DNA from: Terrimicrobiaceae bacterium
GTDB lineage: Bacteria > Verrucomicrobiota > Verrucomicrobiia > Chthoniobacterales > Terrimicrobiaceae
Length of the DNA: 64,000 bases
Reading direction: 5' to 3'
NCBI GenBank assembly: GCA_044342325.1
Contig: JBIIPZ010000006.1
Location: forward strand, 32,494-96,493
Shown: in pieces, positions 18,224-27,988 of the stretch
Layout of the letters: each line of letters begins with the position of its first letter
Position numbering within the stretch: position 1 is the first letter of the stretch
Translations under genes and position numbers: made by a program
Notes under the pieces: generated by a model
Databases searched by the model: none
Seen by the model: the letters and a program-made list of their open reading frames with translations, nothing else
Told to the model about the DNA's origin: nothing

Positions 18224-19158
18224 CCCACGGCCAGAAGCGGCTTGTTGGGATGCCACGCCAAGGCGCTGATGCCGGTGCCCAGTCTGGCCCGCTTGCGGCG
18301 GAATTGGCCCTTCTCAAAAGTCACTACGAGCAGCGTTCCCTCGCCATCACCTGTCGCGAGTTGGCCAGTTGCGGGTGAGAAATCCAGCGCCAGCACTTCG
18401 CTCTCGCTGCCATCGACCTGAATCGGTCGGGCTCCATCCGGACCTTTTGCAGAGGCGCACGGCCACACCGTCACCACCGGACTGCCAGCTGTGGCGAGGC
18501 GTTTGCCATCGGCCGAAAAGGCCAGCGCGCGAACCTTGGATTCAAAACCCTCCATGTTGAGCGGATTGTCCTTCGGGATATCGTAAACATGCACGCTCGC
18601 GGTCTGGTCCGCCGTGGCCAACCAGCGTCCGTCATTACTCCACCGCACTTGCAGGCTCGCGCCGCCCCAATCGAAGCGAGCAAATGGTTCTTTTTCACCA
18701 AGCCGCCAAAGTAGCGCCCCACCGGCGCCCGCCGTGGCAATCTCTGAGGGCGATTTGGGATTCCATGCGAAATCCGACACCACAGCCGGCAAGTCGCGGA
18801 GGCTTTTTTCATCACTCCCAGCCACGTCGAAAATGTGCAGCGCCTTGCCTTGGCCAGCCGCAAGGAGCGCTCCATCCGGACTCGTCCGCACATGCTCGAT
18901 CATTCCCCGTCCGGGCTTCCATTCCCGTGAGCCGCAGCGGATTTTTCCGTCGAACCCGCAAGTCACAGGCTCGCCGGCGAACCAGTCCGAGCTTCCATTC
19001 CCCATGCCGTGGCCAGGCAGTTCCTCCAGCAGCGTCGCCGTTTCGTCGGCTACAAGCACCGCGCCGGTGGCGGGAGTCGCGAGAAGACGCGTCCCCTCCG
19101 GATTCCATTTCAGGTCGAGGATGTGATCCCCCGCAGTAATCGAACCGGGGCTCTTCAA
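18181..19158 (-). CDS. WD40-repeat beta-propeller protein
   Basis: Repeated W(N/S/H)P..G..LA(T/V)G units; probable TTG start at 19158 overlapping the COG0523 stop. Confidence 0.85.
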   Translation of the reverse strand: MKSPGSITAGDHILDLKWNPEGTRLLATPATGAVLVADETATLLEELPGHGMGNGSSDWFAGEPVTCGFDGKIRCGSREWKPGRGMIEHVRTSPDGALLAAGQGKALHIFDVAGSDEKSLRDLPAVVSDFAWNPKSPSEIATAGAGGALLWRLGEKEPFARFDWGGASLQVRWSNDGRWLATADQTASVHVYDIPKDNPLNMEGFESKVRALAFSADGKRLATAGSPVVTVWPCASAKGPDGARPIQVDGSESEVLALDFSPATGQLATGDGEGTLLVVTFEKGQFRRKRARLGTGISALAWHPNKPLLAVGHASGLVTWLSMQS

Positions 19159-20114
19159 GCGAGGCAGGAGCGGAATCCGCTGGTAAGGGCTTCGCGATCG
19201 AGTTTGCGGCCGATGAAAACCAAGCTGTTCTTGCGCGGGCGTCCGGCCCACGGACCGCCACTCGCCGCATCAATGAGCATGTGCACGCCTTGGAACACCA
19301 CGCGGTCCGCCTGGCCCTTCACGGCGAAAACCCCCTTCATGCGGAAAATGTCCTGCCCCTGATCGCGAACGAGTTTCGAAATCCAGTCGTTGAGTTTTTT
19401 GCCATCGCACTCCCCCTCGGCCTCGATGCCCACGCTCGAGATGTCCGAGTGGTGATGGTGGTGATGTCCATGCGCGTCCAAAAAGTGGGGATTAAGTTCA
19501 GTGGCGCGATCGAGGTTGAAGCCGCCCACTTCGAGCACTTTTTTGATGTCGATCTCCGCGCGCGTCGTGCGGTGGATCACGGCCAGGGCATTGATGGCGC
19601 GGATGCGCTGCTCCGTTTCCTCCAGCTCTTCGGGAGTCGCGAGGTCGGACTTGTTCAGAAGAATCACATCCGCAAAAGCCACCTGCTCCTCGGCCTCGTG
19701 CGTCTCATCGACATGGCGCGAGAAATGGTGCGCGTCCACCACGGTCACCACACCATTCACCACCGTCTGCTCCCGCAATTCCTCATCCACAAAAAATGTC
19801 TGCACCACCGGCCCCGGATCAGCCAGGCCGGTCGTTTCGATCAGGATGTGGTCAAACTTGTCGCGGCGCTTCATGAGGTTCCCCAAGATGCGGATCAAAT
19901 CCCCGCGCACCGTGCAGCAGATGCACCCGTTGTTCATTTCAAACAACTCCTCTTCGGCATTGATGACCAGCTCATGGTCGATGCCAATCTCGCCAAATTC
20001 ATTTTCGATCACCGCAATCCGTAGCCCGTGGTCCTCCCCGAGAATGCGGTTCAACAGCGTGGTTTTTCCGGCTCCGAGGAAGCCAGTCAGAATGGTGACA
20101 GGTATGCGAGACAT
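19155..20114 (-). CDS. CobW/COG0523 family G3E GTPase metallochaperone
   Basis: GFLGAGKTT, NEFGEIGID, NGCICC, ETTGLADP, HGHHHHHHS, CobW_C (FRMKG...FQGVH). Confidence 0.93.
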   Translation of the reverse strand: MSRIPVTILTGFLGAGKTTLLNRILGEDHGLRIAVIENEFGEIGIDHELVINAEEELFEMNNGCICCTVRGDLIRILGNLMKRRDKFDHILIETTGLADPGPVVQTFFVDEELREQTVVNGVVTVVDAHHFSRHVDETHEAEEQVAFADVILLNKSDLATPEELEETEQRIRAINALAVIHRTTRAEIDIKKVLEVGGFNLDRATELNPHFLDAHGHHHHHHSDISSVGIEAEGECDGKKLNDWISKLVRDQGQDIFRMKGVFAVKGQADRVVFQGVHMLIDAASGGPWAGRPRKNSLVFIGRKLDREALTSGFRSCLA

Positions 20115-20203
20115 CCAGCGAGTAAACAGGAAAAGCCAAAACGCTGAAAAGACTCTTTTATCCCCTTTTCACAAGAGCTCCAAAAGGCTCGATGCGCTGA
20201 TTT

Positions 20204-21835
20204 TTACTCTGCGGGCGCGGAAGTTACCGCTTGGCGGGATTTGAAAAGGATGCCGAGCAGGAAGGTGACCGTGCTACCGATGAACACATAGTAGGGCCAG
20301 GAGATGGCGGGCCACCAGGCTGGCATGAAGAAGCCGAAATTCCACTCGGCAGGTGTCAGCTGGAATGTCAGGAGGGCCAGGGGATCGATGGCGGGGATTT
20401 TGACTTTTCCAAGAATCAAAACGGCGGCGATTCCGATGAGCATGGAGAAGACATTGGCGATGTCGTTGCCTCGGGATTTTGTGAGGACGCCCAGCAGGAA
20501 GATGCCTAGGAGCGAACCGTAGCCGTAGCCGAGCACACCGAGCGCGAGCGGGATGATCGTGATATTTGTCTCGAGCACAGCGTAGGCGGCTCCGGTGGCA
20601 ACAACGATCATGAGCCCGGCGAAAACGAGGGTCGCTATGCGTGCGGCGCGGATCGACTGGGCATCGGTCGATGTTTTGTTGAAGTAGGGCTGGTAGAAGT
20701 CGCGGATGAATGAAGTAGCCAGTGCATTGAGCGCGGCGGAGGTCGAGCCCATCATGGTCGCAAAAACGCCGGCGACGATGAGTCCACGGATGCCGGCTGG
20801 CATTTCGTGGACGATGTAGTGCGCGAAGATTTCGTTGTGGGCTGTCGGGAGCGAAGGATCCGGGCTGATTTGGTAGAAGACCCAGAGGAGAATGCCGACG
20901 GCGAGGAATGCCAAGACGATCGGGATATCGGCAAATCCGCTTACGATCAGGCTGAACCGGCTTTTTTTGATATTCTCAGCGGTGAGCATTCGCTGCACCA
21001 TATCCTGATCGGTGCCGTGGGTGGCCATGGTGAGGAATGTGGAGCCGAGGATAGCCGCGAGGATGGTGTAGGGGTTTTCGAGCATTTGCCGGAGGGCCTC
21101 GCCGAAGGGCTTCGTCGCCTCCCACCCAGTTTGAAACATCGCAACTTTTTGACCGTCAAGCATCTCATTCACCTTTCCAAGACCGCCGGGGATTTGGTGC
21201 AGGATGGTGAACATCGCAAAAACGACGGCGCCGCACATGAGGCAGGCTTGGATGAGATCGGTCCAGACCACTGCCTTGATGCCGCCGACGGCGGTGTAGG
21301 CGGCCGTGACTGCTGTGACAAAGACGATGCCCCAGAAGTAGGTCCAAATGGTAATTTCCGTGCCGGGAAAAAGGTAGCGCCAGATGACGACCAGGATCAC
21401 GCCGCCGAGGTAAAGTCGAACGCCGATTCCCAGCACGCGGCCGAGTAGGAATATCCCGCTCGCCATGTTTTTCGTGCGCGAGCCGAATCGCAGAGTGAGG
21501 TATTCGTAGATGCTCTGGACCTTGAATTGGAAATAGGGGGCGATGAAAAGATACGCGATGATGATGCGGGCAAGAATCGTTCCGATGGCCAGCTGGGCGT
21601 AGGCGAAGCCGAGTGTCTTGTAGCCCTCGGCTGGCGTGCCGAGGAATGTCGCCGCGCTGGTCTCCGCCGCGATGATCGATGCCAGGACAGCCCACCAGGG
21701 AATCTTGTGCCCGCCGAGTGCGAACTCTTGCAGCGTGTCATTCCGCCGACCGGCGTAGAGACCGATGCCTACGATCACGATGAAGTAGGTGAGAATAACG
21801 AAGCCGTCGATGAAAAGGGCAGCGTTGTGTGTCAC
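20204..21835 (-). CDS. Sodium:solute symporter family protein
   Basis: Many TM helices; AAETSAATFLGTP, GGIKAVVWTD, GTDQDMVQR. Confidence 0.9.
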   Translation of the reverse strand: MTHNAALFIDGFVILTYFIVIVGIGLYAGRRNDTLQEFALGGHKIPWWAVLASIIAAETSAATFLGTPAEGYKTLGFAYAQLAIGTILARIIIAYLFIAPYFQFKVQSIYEYLTLRFGSRTKNMASGIFLLGRVLGIGVRLYLGGVILVVIWRYLFPGTEITIWTYFWGIVFVTAVTAAYTAVGGIKAVVWTDLIQACLMCGAVVFAMFTILHQIPGGLGKVNEMLDGQKVAMFQTGWEATKPFGEALRQMLENPYTILAAILGSTFLTMATHGTDQDMVQRMLTAENIKKSRFSLIVSGFADIPIVLAFLAVGILLWVFYQISPDPSLPTAHNEIFAHYIVHEMPAGIRGLIVAGVFATMMGSTSAALNALATSFIRDFYQPYFNKTSTDAQSIRAARIATLVFAGLMIVVATGAAYAVLETNITIIPLALGVLGYGYGSLLGIFLLGVLTKSRGNDIANVFSMLIGIAAVLILGKVKIPAIDPLALLTFQLTPAEWNFGFFMPAWWPAISWPYYVFIGSTVTFLLGILFKSRQAVTSAPAE

Positions 21836-23115
21836 GGGCGCAGGGTTTTCACGAGCACGACGGAATTTCTTCCGCTGGTTTCGTATTTCTGGAGTCGCTC
21901 AGGCGGCAGGATGGACGGGTCCGCAGCTGTGAAGCCGCCTTTTTGCTGGAGATAGCTGTAGGCTTGCGTGGAGAGGGCGAAGAGGGTTTTTACGCCTTTC
22001 TCACGCGCAAGATTTTCCACAAACGCCATGAGTTTGCGTCCGTAGCCCTGATTCTCCTGCGCCTTGCGCACATGCAGGCAGGCGAGTTCGGCGGCGGATT
22101 GTTCGGAATAGAGGTGCAGGGCCACGCAGGCCACGGGAGAGCGGTCCACTTCCAAAAGCCAGTAGTCATTCAGGCACTCGAGAATCTCCGTGCGCGAGCG
22201 GCGGACGAGTTCCTCGTTCTGCACGGATTGCCGGATGAGCGAGATCACAGACCGGACATCCTTTTTGAAGATGCGCCGGATTTGTTGATACTCGTTCGAG
22301 TAAACCATGGTTCCGATGCCTTCGTGGCTGAAGACCTCGCTGAGCAGGCCTTCGTTCATGCCGCCGTTCAGCAGGTGAGCGCGGGCAACACCTTGACGGC
22401 AGGCTTTGGCGCCGTTCTCAAGTTTTGAGAGCAGGCCCGTCGGGAAGTCGGCTTTGCGTTTTTTGACGAGATCTTCCGTTTCGGAAATCGAAAGTTGGCG
22501 CGGCAGGGGTGTGGATTCCTCGAAGACACGGCTTGGCGCGAGGTAGAGGATTTTCGCTGCGCCGAGTTCCACGGCGACTTCCAGCGCGATGCTGTCCGAA
22601 TTCGCCCGGTAGGTCCGCCCCTCGCCGTCGAAGCCCATGGGAGGGATGACAGGAATGATGCCTTCGTCGAGAAGGAGCCGGAGGGCCTTGGTGTCCACTC
22701 GCTCGACCTTGCCGGTGTATTGTTGATCCACGCCACCGAGAATGCCGGCGGGATGGACGATGAGCGCGTTGATGTAGGCGGCGCGCAGATCGACTGAGGA
22801 CAGACCCTCCATGATTTCATTGGTGAGCCGGATCGCCGCGTCGATGCTGACTTGCAGCGTTGGCTCATCGGTGAGGCCGATGCCGTCGGAGTTGGTGATC
22901 CGAACTCCACGGGCAGCGGCGAGGGCCTCGATCTGGCGGCTTGCGCCATGCACCAGGACGACTTTGATACTCAGGGAGCGGAGCACGGCGAGATCCAGCA
23001 GGATGTTCGGAAAATTCTCCGATTCCACGACCTCACCATCCACCGCAACCACGAAAATACGCTCCCGGAAAAGGGGGACGTATTGCAAAATTTCACGCAG
23101 GTCGGAGACGTTCAC
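21832..23115 (-). CDS. argA: Amino-acid N-acetyltransferase (AAK + GNAT domains)
   Basis: VLVHGA AAK-like N domain, LLSEVFSHEGIGTM linker, ELACLHV...QGYGRKL GNAT. Confidence 0.9.
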   Translation of the reverse strand: MNVSDLREILQYVPLFRERIFVVAVDGEVVESENFPNILLDLAVLRSLSIKVVLVHGASRQIEALAAARGVRITNSDGIGLTDEPTLQVSIDAAIRLTNEIMEGLSSVDLRAAYINALIVHPAGILGGVDQQYTGKVERVDTKALRLLLDEGIIPVIPPMGFDGEGRTYRANSDSIALEVAVELGAAKILYLAPSRVFEESTPLPRQLSISETEDLVKKRKADFPTGLLSKLENGAKACRQGVARAHLLNGGMNEGLLSEVFSHEGIGTMVYSNEYQQIRRIFKKDVRSVISLIRQSVQNEELVRRSRTEILECLNDYWLLEVDRSPVACVALHLYSEQSAAELACLHVRKAQENQGYGRKLMAFVENLAREKGVKTLFALSTQAYSYLQQKGGFTAADPSILPPERLQKYETSGRNSVVLVKTLRP

Positions 23116-23209
23116 GAATTAAGGATTCGCTGATAACAGATGATCCGCTCGCGACATAGAGGAAAATAACGCTGGCGGCGTGGCTTGTCGGCTCGTTAGT
23201 TTGCCGTCC

Positions 23210-23677
23210 ATGTCCTTTGAAAAGTGCCTACTCGCGGCGCAGGGTTATCTGGAGCTTGGTATGCCGGTCGAGGCCATGGCGGAGCTTGATTCCATGCCGT
23301 CGGAAGACAGGGAGGTCGAATCCGCTTTGCAGTTGCGGCTTTTCATCACCATGAAAAGCCACAACTGGGACGAGTCGCTTCGGATTTGCGAGCGGTTGCG
23401 GGAGATTTATCCGGAAGCTGTCTCGGGCTACATCCATGGCGCGTTCTGCCTGCATGAGCGCGGCAGCACTGATGCGGCATTGAAGCTTCTGCTCAGCGGA
23501 CCGTCGAAACTCGCCGAAGAGGCGACCTATTTTTACAACTTGGCCTGCTACAGCGCGGTCCTGGGCGACTTGGAAAACGCGCTCGATTATGCCCAAAGAA
23601 GCTTCGCGATGGATGACAAATTCCGCGACATCGCAAAGTTGGATCCTGATTTGATCGAGCTACGAGGTCAGATGTGA
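23210..23677 (+). CDS. Tetratricopeptide repeat protein
   Basis: AAQGYLELGM, YNLACY...G...AL helical repeats, C-terminal DPDL motif. Confidence 0.75.
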   Translation: MSFEKCLLAAQGYLELGMPVEAMAELDSMPSEDREVESALQLRLFITMKSHNWDESLRICERLREIYPEAVSGYIHGAFCLHERGSTDAALKLLLSGPSKLAEEATYFYNLACYSAVLGDLENALDYAQRSFAMDDKFRDIAKLDPDLIELRGQM

Positions 23678-24816
23678 GCGGGGTGCGGCAGGCATTTGAA
23701 AAAAACTTCGCCGACGGTGTTGAGGTCGGTGCCGCTCTGGGCATTTTTCGTGGCGGCGAGGAAGTCGTCTCTCTTTGCGGAGGTTTTTGCGACTCGGCCC
23801 GCTCGGTGCCATGGAACGATAAGACGCTCGTTCTGATCTGGTCCGCCACCAAGGGCGTGGCTGCCGCCTGCACGCTCCATGCGATGCAGGAAGCGGGGGT
23901 GGATCTTCACACACGCGTTGCGGATTTCTGGCCGGAATTCGCGCAGGCTGGAAAGGGCGCGCTCACGCTTGGCCAGGTCCTCTCGCACCGCGCGGGGTTG
24001 TGCGCGCTCGAGGATCCCTCCGCGAATATTCTGGATCGCGAGAGCGTCGTGCGGGCGATCGAAAAGCAAACGCCCCTTCTGCCTGTAGAAGCGGGCCCAG
24101 CCTACGGACCCAGGGTCTTTGGTTTTGTGTTGGATGAAATCCTGCGCCGCCTCGCGGGAGGAGAATCGCTCGCCGCCTATTGGCGCCGGGTTTTTGCCGA
24201 GCCGCTTGGCATCGACCTGTGGATCGGCCTTCCGGAAAATCAAAATGTCCGCGTAGCCACCATCCTCCCGCCGCGCGCGGGACCACCCGCTACGGGTGAC
24301 GAGCTGTTTCTGAGGGCTTTTACCGATCCAAATTCCCTCACGCGCCGAGCCTTTGCCAGCCCGCCCGGCCTCTCTGGAATCTCTGCCATGAACGCCCCGC
24401 AAGTCCGGGCCGCCTCGCTCCCATCCATGGGAGGCATCGCCTCCGCGCAAGGCTTGGCGAAATTTTATGCCATGCTGGCCTCGGGCGGCTGCATTCAGGG
24501 TAAGGTCTTTTTCAAAAAACAAACGCTCGAGTGGATGTCCACCCGCCTTACGCAAGGCTTCGATCCTGTGCTCCAGCGGGAGATGTCCTTCTCAGCCGGC
24601 TTCATGATGGATCCACTGGATGGGAACGGCCGCAAAATCCGCTCTCTACTTGGCCCCACGCTGTCCGCTTTCGGCCATGCTGGAGCCGGGGGAAGCCTGG
24701 GTTTTGCCGATCCGGAGCAAGGTGTCGGATTCGGTTATGTGATGAACCAAATGGAGAGCGGCGTGCTTCCTCATGAGCGCTGCACATCGTTGGTGCGCGC
24801 CTTTTACGAGGGTTAA
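23674..24816 (+). CDS. Serine hydrolase, beta-lactamase class C-like / EstB family
   Basis: WSATK (SxxK), LSHRAGL, FGHAGAGGSLGFADP. Confidence 0.9.
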   Translation: MSGVRQAFEKNFADGVEVGAALGIFRGGEEVVSLCGGFCDSARSVPWNDKTLVLIWSATKGVAAACTLHAMQEAGVDLHTRVADFWPEFAQAGKGALTLGQVLSHRAGLCALEDPSANILDRESVVRAIEKQTPLLPVEAGPAYGPRVFGFVLDEILRRLAGGESLAAYWRRVFAEPLGIDLWIGLPENQNVRVATILPPRAGPPATGDELFLRAFTDPNSLTRRAFASPPGLSGISAMNAPQVRAASLPSMGGIASAQGLAKFYAMLASGGCIQGKVFFKKQTLEWMSTRLTQGFDPVLQREMSFSAGFMMDPLDGNGRKIRSLLGPTLSAFGHAGAGGSLGFADPEQGVGFGYVMNQMESGVLPHERCTSLVRAFYEG

Positions 24817-25424
24817 TTAATAATCGTCACCGAGGTCCCGGCCGGTGCGTTCTCGAAGAAAACTTTCACCATTCGCTCCGGCATGCGGATGCAGCCGTGG
24901 CTATCTGGAACGCCGGGGAGAAATCCTTGGTGCATGCCGACCGCCGTGCGGCCGAGTCGCATGAAATAAGGCATCGGAGAACCGGCAAAGCTTCCGCCGG
25001 GCGGCACGGGATCTTTGACTTTGGACACATTTTTCACCAGCACATCGCCCTGGGCATTCACATAGTCGCCGTAAAGGTTCGAGACATGATCGGGATTTTT
25101 CTGGGTGATCTTATAGGAACCGGTCGGGGTTCCATAGCCTTCGCGGCCGGACGAGATGGCGGAGACGCCAACGAGCTTCGATCCTTTGTAGAACGAAGCT
25201 TTTTGATCCGAGAGGTCGATGACTATCGATGGCGCTCCCTGCACACCGTCGCCATCCCAGTAGGAATTTTTGTCGGCGAGTGTGGATTCCGCAGAGCGCG
25301 AAATGATCGAGCCGTCGGTTCCGAGATAGCTGGTGCTGGTATTGGTCAGGCGTTTGTCGTAGTTCGCACAACCGGCGAGAAGCAGAGTTATTGCGGTGAG
25401 AACGGTGAAATCCTTGCGGGTCAT
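24813..25424 (-). CDS. L,D-transpeptidase (YkuD) family lipoprotein
   Basis: Lipobox LLAGC; HQG...SHGCIRM catalytic motif; start at ATG 25424. Confidence 0.88.
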   Translation of the reverse strand: MTRKDFTVLTAITLLLAGCANYDKRLTNTSTSYLGTDGSIISRSAESTLADKNSYWDGDGVQGAPSIVIDLSDQKASFYKGSKLVGVSAISSGREGYGTPTGSYKITQKNPDHVSNLYGDYVNAQGDVLVKNVSKVKDPVPPGGSFAGSPMPYFMRLGRTAVGMHQGFLPGVPDSHGCIRMPERMVKVFFENAPAGTSVTIIN

Positions 25425-25577
25425 ATCTTGCGGCGGAATTAAACGCAGCGGCGGCACAGCGTCAAGTCACGGTGCATTCATTTCAAGGTGCCAAAGAAAT
25501 TTCCCAGTAAGGCTTTTCATTTCAAAAACCCTTGTTCACACTCCGCCGAGCCTACCCCATTAAACACAAAAAAACTT

Positions 25578-26705
25578 ATGCCAGTAACAGCCAAAGGACT
25601 CGAAGGAATCGTAGCAAACTCAACCAGCCTCAGTGATGTTCTCGGTCAAGAGGGCGTCCTCATTTATGCCGGTTACGACATCAACGAAATCGCCGGAAAT
25701 GCCAGTTTTGAGGAGACGATTCACCTGCTCTGGCATGGGGAACTCCCAAACCGCGCCCAGCTCGACGCCCTCAGCAAAAAGCTCCGCGCGGCCCGCGAGC
25801 TGCCACAACCAGTCGTGGACTTTCTGCGCAACGCCCCAAAAAACGCAGGGCCGATGGATGTCATCCGCACAGCTGTTTCGATGCTGGGCCTCTACGACGC
25901 GAATCCGAAGGACGAAAGCCCGGAGGCGAACTACAACCGCTCCGTCAGCATCACGGCAAAGATGGGTGTCATCACCGCTTATTTCCACCGTGCTCGCAAG
26001 GGGCTCGACCTTCCACCCGTTCGCACGGATCTCGGCGAGGCGGCACACTTTCTCTATCTCATCAATGGCACCGAGCCGAGTGCTGAAGCCGCTCGCACGC
26101 TGGACGTCGCCTATGTATTGCATGCCGACCACGGCATGAATGCCTCGACATTCTCCGCTCGTGTAACCATCGCCACTCTGTCGGACATGTATTCCGCCAT
26201 CACTTCGGCCATCGGAACACTCAAGGGACCGCTCCACGGTGGCGCAAACGAAGGCGTCATTCACATGCTGCAGGAAATCGGCAGCGAAGACAAAGTGGAC
26301 GCTTGGGTTGAGACCCAACTCGAGCAGAAGAAAAAAATCATGGGCATTGGTCACCGGGTTTACAAAGTCCTCGACCCGCGCGCCCCGCATCTCCGCGAGA
26401 TGGCCATCATTCTCAGCAACCAACTCGGCGAGCCGAAGTGGATTCGCATGAGCGAGCGCATCGCCTCGATCATGAAGGAGCGCAAGGGCCTGAATGCGAA
26501 TGTCGATTTCTACTCGGCCACTGTTTACTACTCCATGGGCATCCCGACCGACCTCTTCACCCCGATCTTTGCGATCGCCCGTGCGGCTGGATGGACCGGC
26601 CATGTCATGGAACAACTCGCCGACAACCGCCTGTATCGTCCTCTCAGCGAATACACCGGCCCGGCTGTTGGTAAGAAGTTCCAGCCGATAGACGGTCGTC
26701 CATGA
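25578..26705 (+). CDS. gltA: Citrate synthase
   Basis: DHGMNASTF, GPLHGGANE, GIGHRVYK, NVDFYS; start at ATG 25578. Confidence 0.93.
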   Translation: MPVTAKGLEGIVANSTSLSDVLGQEGVLIYAGYDINEIAGNASFEETIHLLWHGELPNRAQLDALSKKLRAARELPQPVVDFLRNAPKNAGPMDVIRTAVSMLGLYDANPKDESPEANYNRSVSITAKMGVITAYFHRARKGLDLPPVRTDLGEAAHFLYLINGTEPSAEAARTLDVAYVLHADHGMNASTFSARVTIATLSDMYSAITSAIGTLKGPLHGGANEGVIHMLQEIGSEDKVDAWVETQLEQKKKIMGIGHRVYKVLDPRAPHLREMAIILSNQLGEPKWIRMSERIASIMKERKGLNANVDFYSATVYYSMGIPTDLFTPIFAIARAAGWTGHVMEQLADNRLYRPLSEYTGPAVGKKFQPIDGRP

Positions 26706-27370
26706 CCCCACGCCTGCAGGCGCGAGGGCTTCGCAGGTCATTCCGCATAGGGGGGGCATCCATCGAGGTTCTACGGGGCATTGACATCGACATAGCCGCT
26801 GGAGAGTCCGTATTTCTCTGCGGTGCGAGTGGAGCGGGGAAGACGACGCTTCTCTACACTCTGGCGGGTCTAGAGACCCCAGAGGCCGGCACTGTGGAGT
26901 TTGAGGGCCACTCGCTCTATGGTCTATCTGGCAATGCGCTGGCCCGCCTGCGCAACAAGAGCATGGGTTTTGTCTTTCAATCCTATTTCCTGCTTCCAGA
27001 GCTGACCGCATTGGAAAATGTCCTGCTGCCAGCCCTCATCAGGGGAAAATCCGAACTCGCCCGTGGGCGCGATCTCTTGCAGCGCGTTGGTCTGTCTGGA
27101 CGCATCGACCACCTGCCGGCCGAACTCAGCGGCGGCGAACAACAGCGCGTCGCCATCGCTCGATCGCTCATCAACGACCCAGCCATTCTTTTTGCCGATG
27201 AACCCACTGGCAACCTGGATTCCAAAAACGGCGAGGTGATCATCAATCTGCTTCTCGATCTTGCCAAGGCCGATGGACGCACTCTCGTCGTGGTCACGCA
27301 CGATGAGAATCTTGCGAGCCGTGGCGACCGGCTAGTGCGGATCGTGGATGGCTGTTTAGCCACGAATTGA
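26702..27370 (+). CDS. lolD: ABC transporter ATP-binding protein, LolD-like
   Basis: GASGAGKT, LSGGEQQRVAIAR, ADEPTGNLD, VTHD. Confidence 0.8.
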   Translation: MTPRLQARGLRRSFRIGGASIEVLRGIDIDIAAGESVFLCGASGAGKTTLLYTLAGLETPEAGTVEFEGHSLYGLSGNALARLRNKSMGFVFQSYFLLPELTALENVLLPALIRGKSELARGRDLLQRVGLSGRIDHLPAELSGGEQQRVAIARSLINDPAILFADEPTGNLDSKNGEVIINLLLDLAKADGRTLVVVTHDENLASRGDRLVRIVDGCLATN

Positions 27371-27371
27371 A

Positions 27372-27974
27372 ATGCCGCTCGATTATCCGCCCCCATTTAA
27401 TGAACTCACGCGTGAGTTGCGGCGTTTACCTGGTCTTGGTCCGCGCAGTGCCGAACGCTGTGCGCTCTGGCTCTTGGGACACAAGGATGCGCGCCCTGCG
27501 CCTCTGGCGGCAGCCATCACAGCGGCCTCGGCCTCGATCCACCCCTGCAAAAAATGCGGCTTCTTCGCCGTCTCGGAGCTTTGCGAAATCTGCCTCCAGC
27601 CGTCGCGACAGGGGAAAGAAATCTGCATCGTCGAACAGGCCACCGACATCCTCCCACTCGAGCGAAGCGGAGTCTTTCAGGGGCTTTATCACTCCCTCGG
27701 CGGCCGCCTCTCACCGCTGGACCACATCGGCCCGGCCCAACTGCGCATTCAATCCCTGCTCGAAAGAATCCGCGAAGAAAACCCGACGGAAATCATCCTC
27801 GCCCTCAGCGCCGATGTCGAAGGTGAGGCGACGACGAACTATCTCACGGAAATCCTCGTGCCCTTGGAAATCCGCACCACCCGCATCGCACACGGACTCC
27901 CAGCCGGCGGCGGGCTGGAGCATGCGGATCAACTCACACTCCAGCGCGCGCTCACCGGACGTCGTCCGGCCTGA
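27372..27974 (+). CDS. recR: Recombination mediator RecR
   Basis: LPGLGPRSA HhH, CxxC...CxxC, Toprim, RIAHGLPAGGGLE. Confidence 0.95.
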   Translation: MPLDYPPPFNELTRELRRLPGLGPRSAERCALWLLGHKDARPAPLAAAITAASASIHPCKKCGFFAVSELCEICLQPSRQGKEICIVEQATDILPLERSGVFQGLYHSLGGRLSPLDHIGPAQLRIQSLLERIREENPTEIILALSADVEGEATTNYLTEILVPLEIRTTRIAHGLPAGGGLEHADQLTLQRALTGRRPA

Positions 27975-27988
27975 GTCCGACGGCGCAC

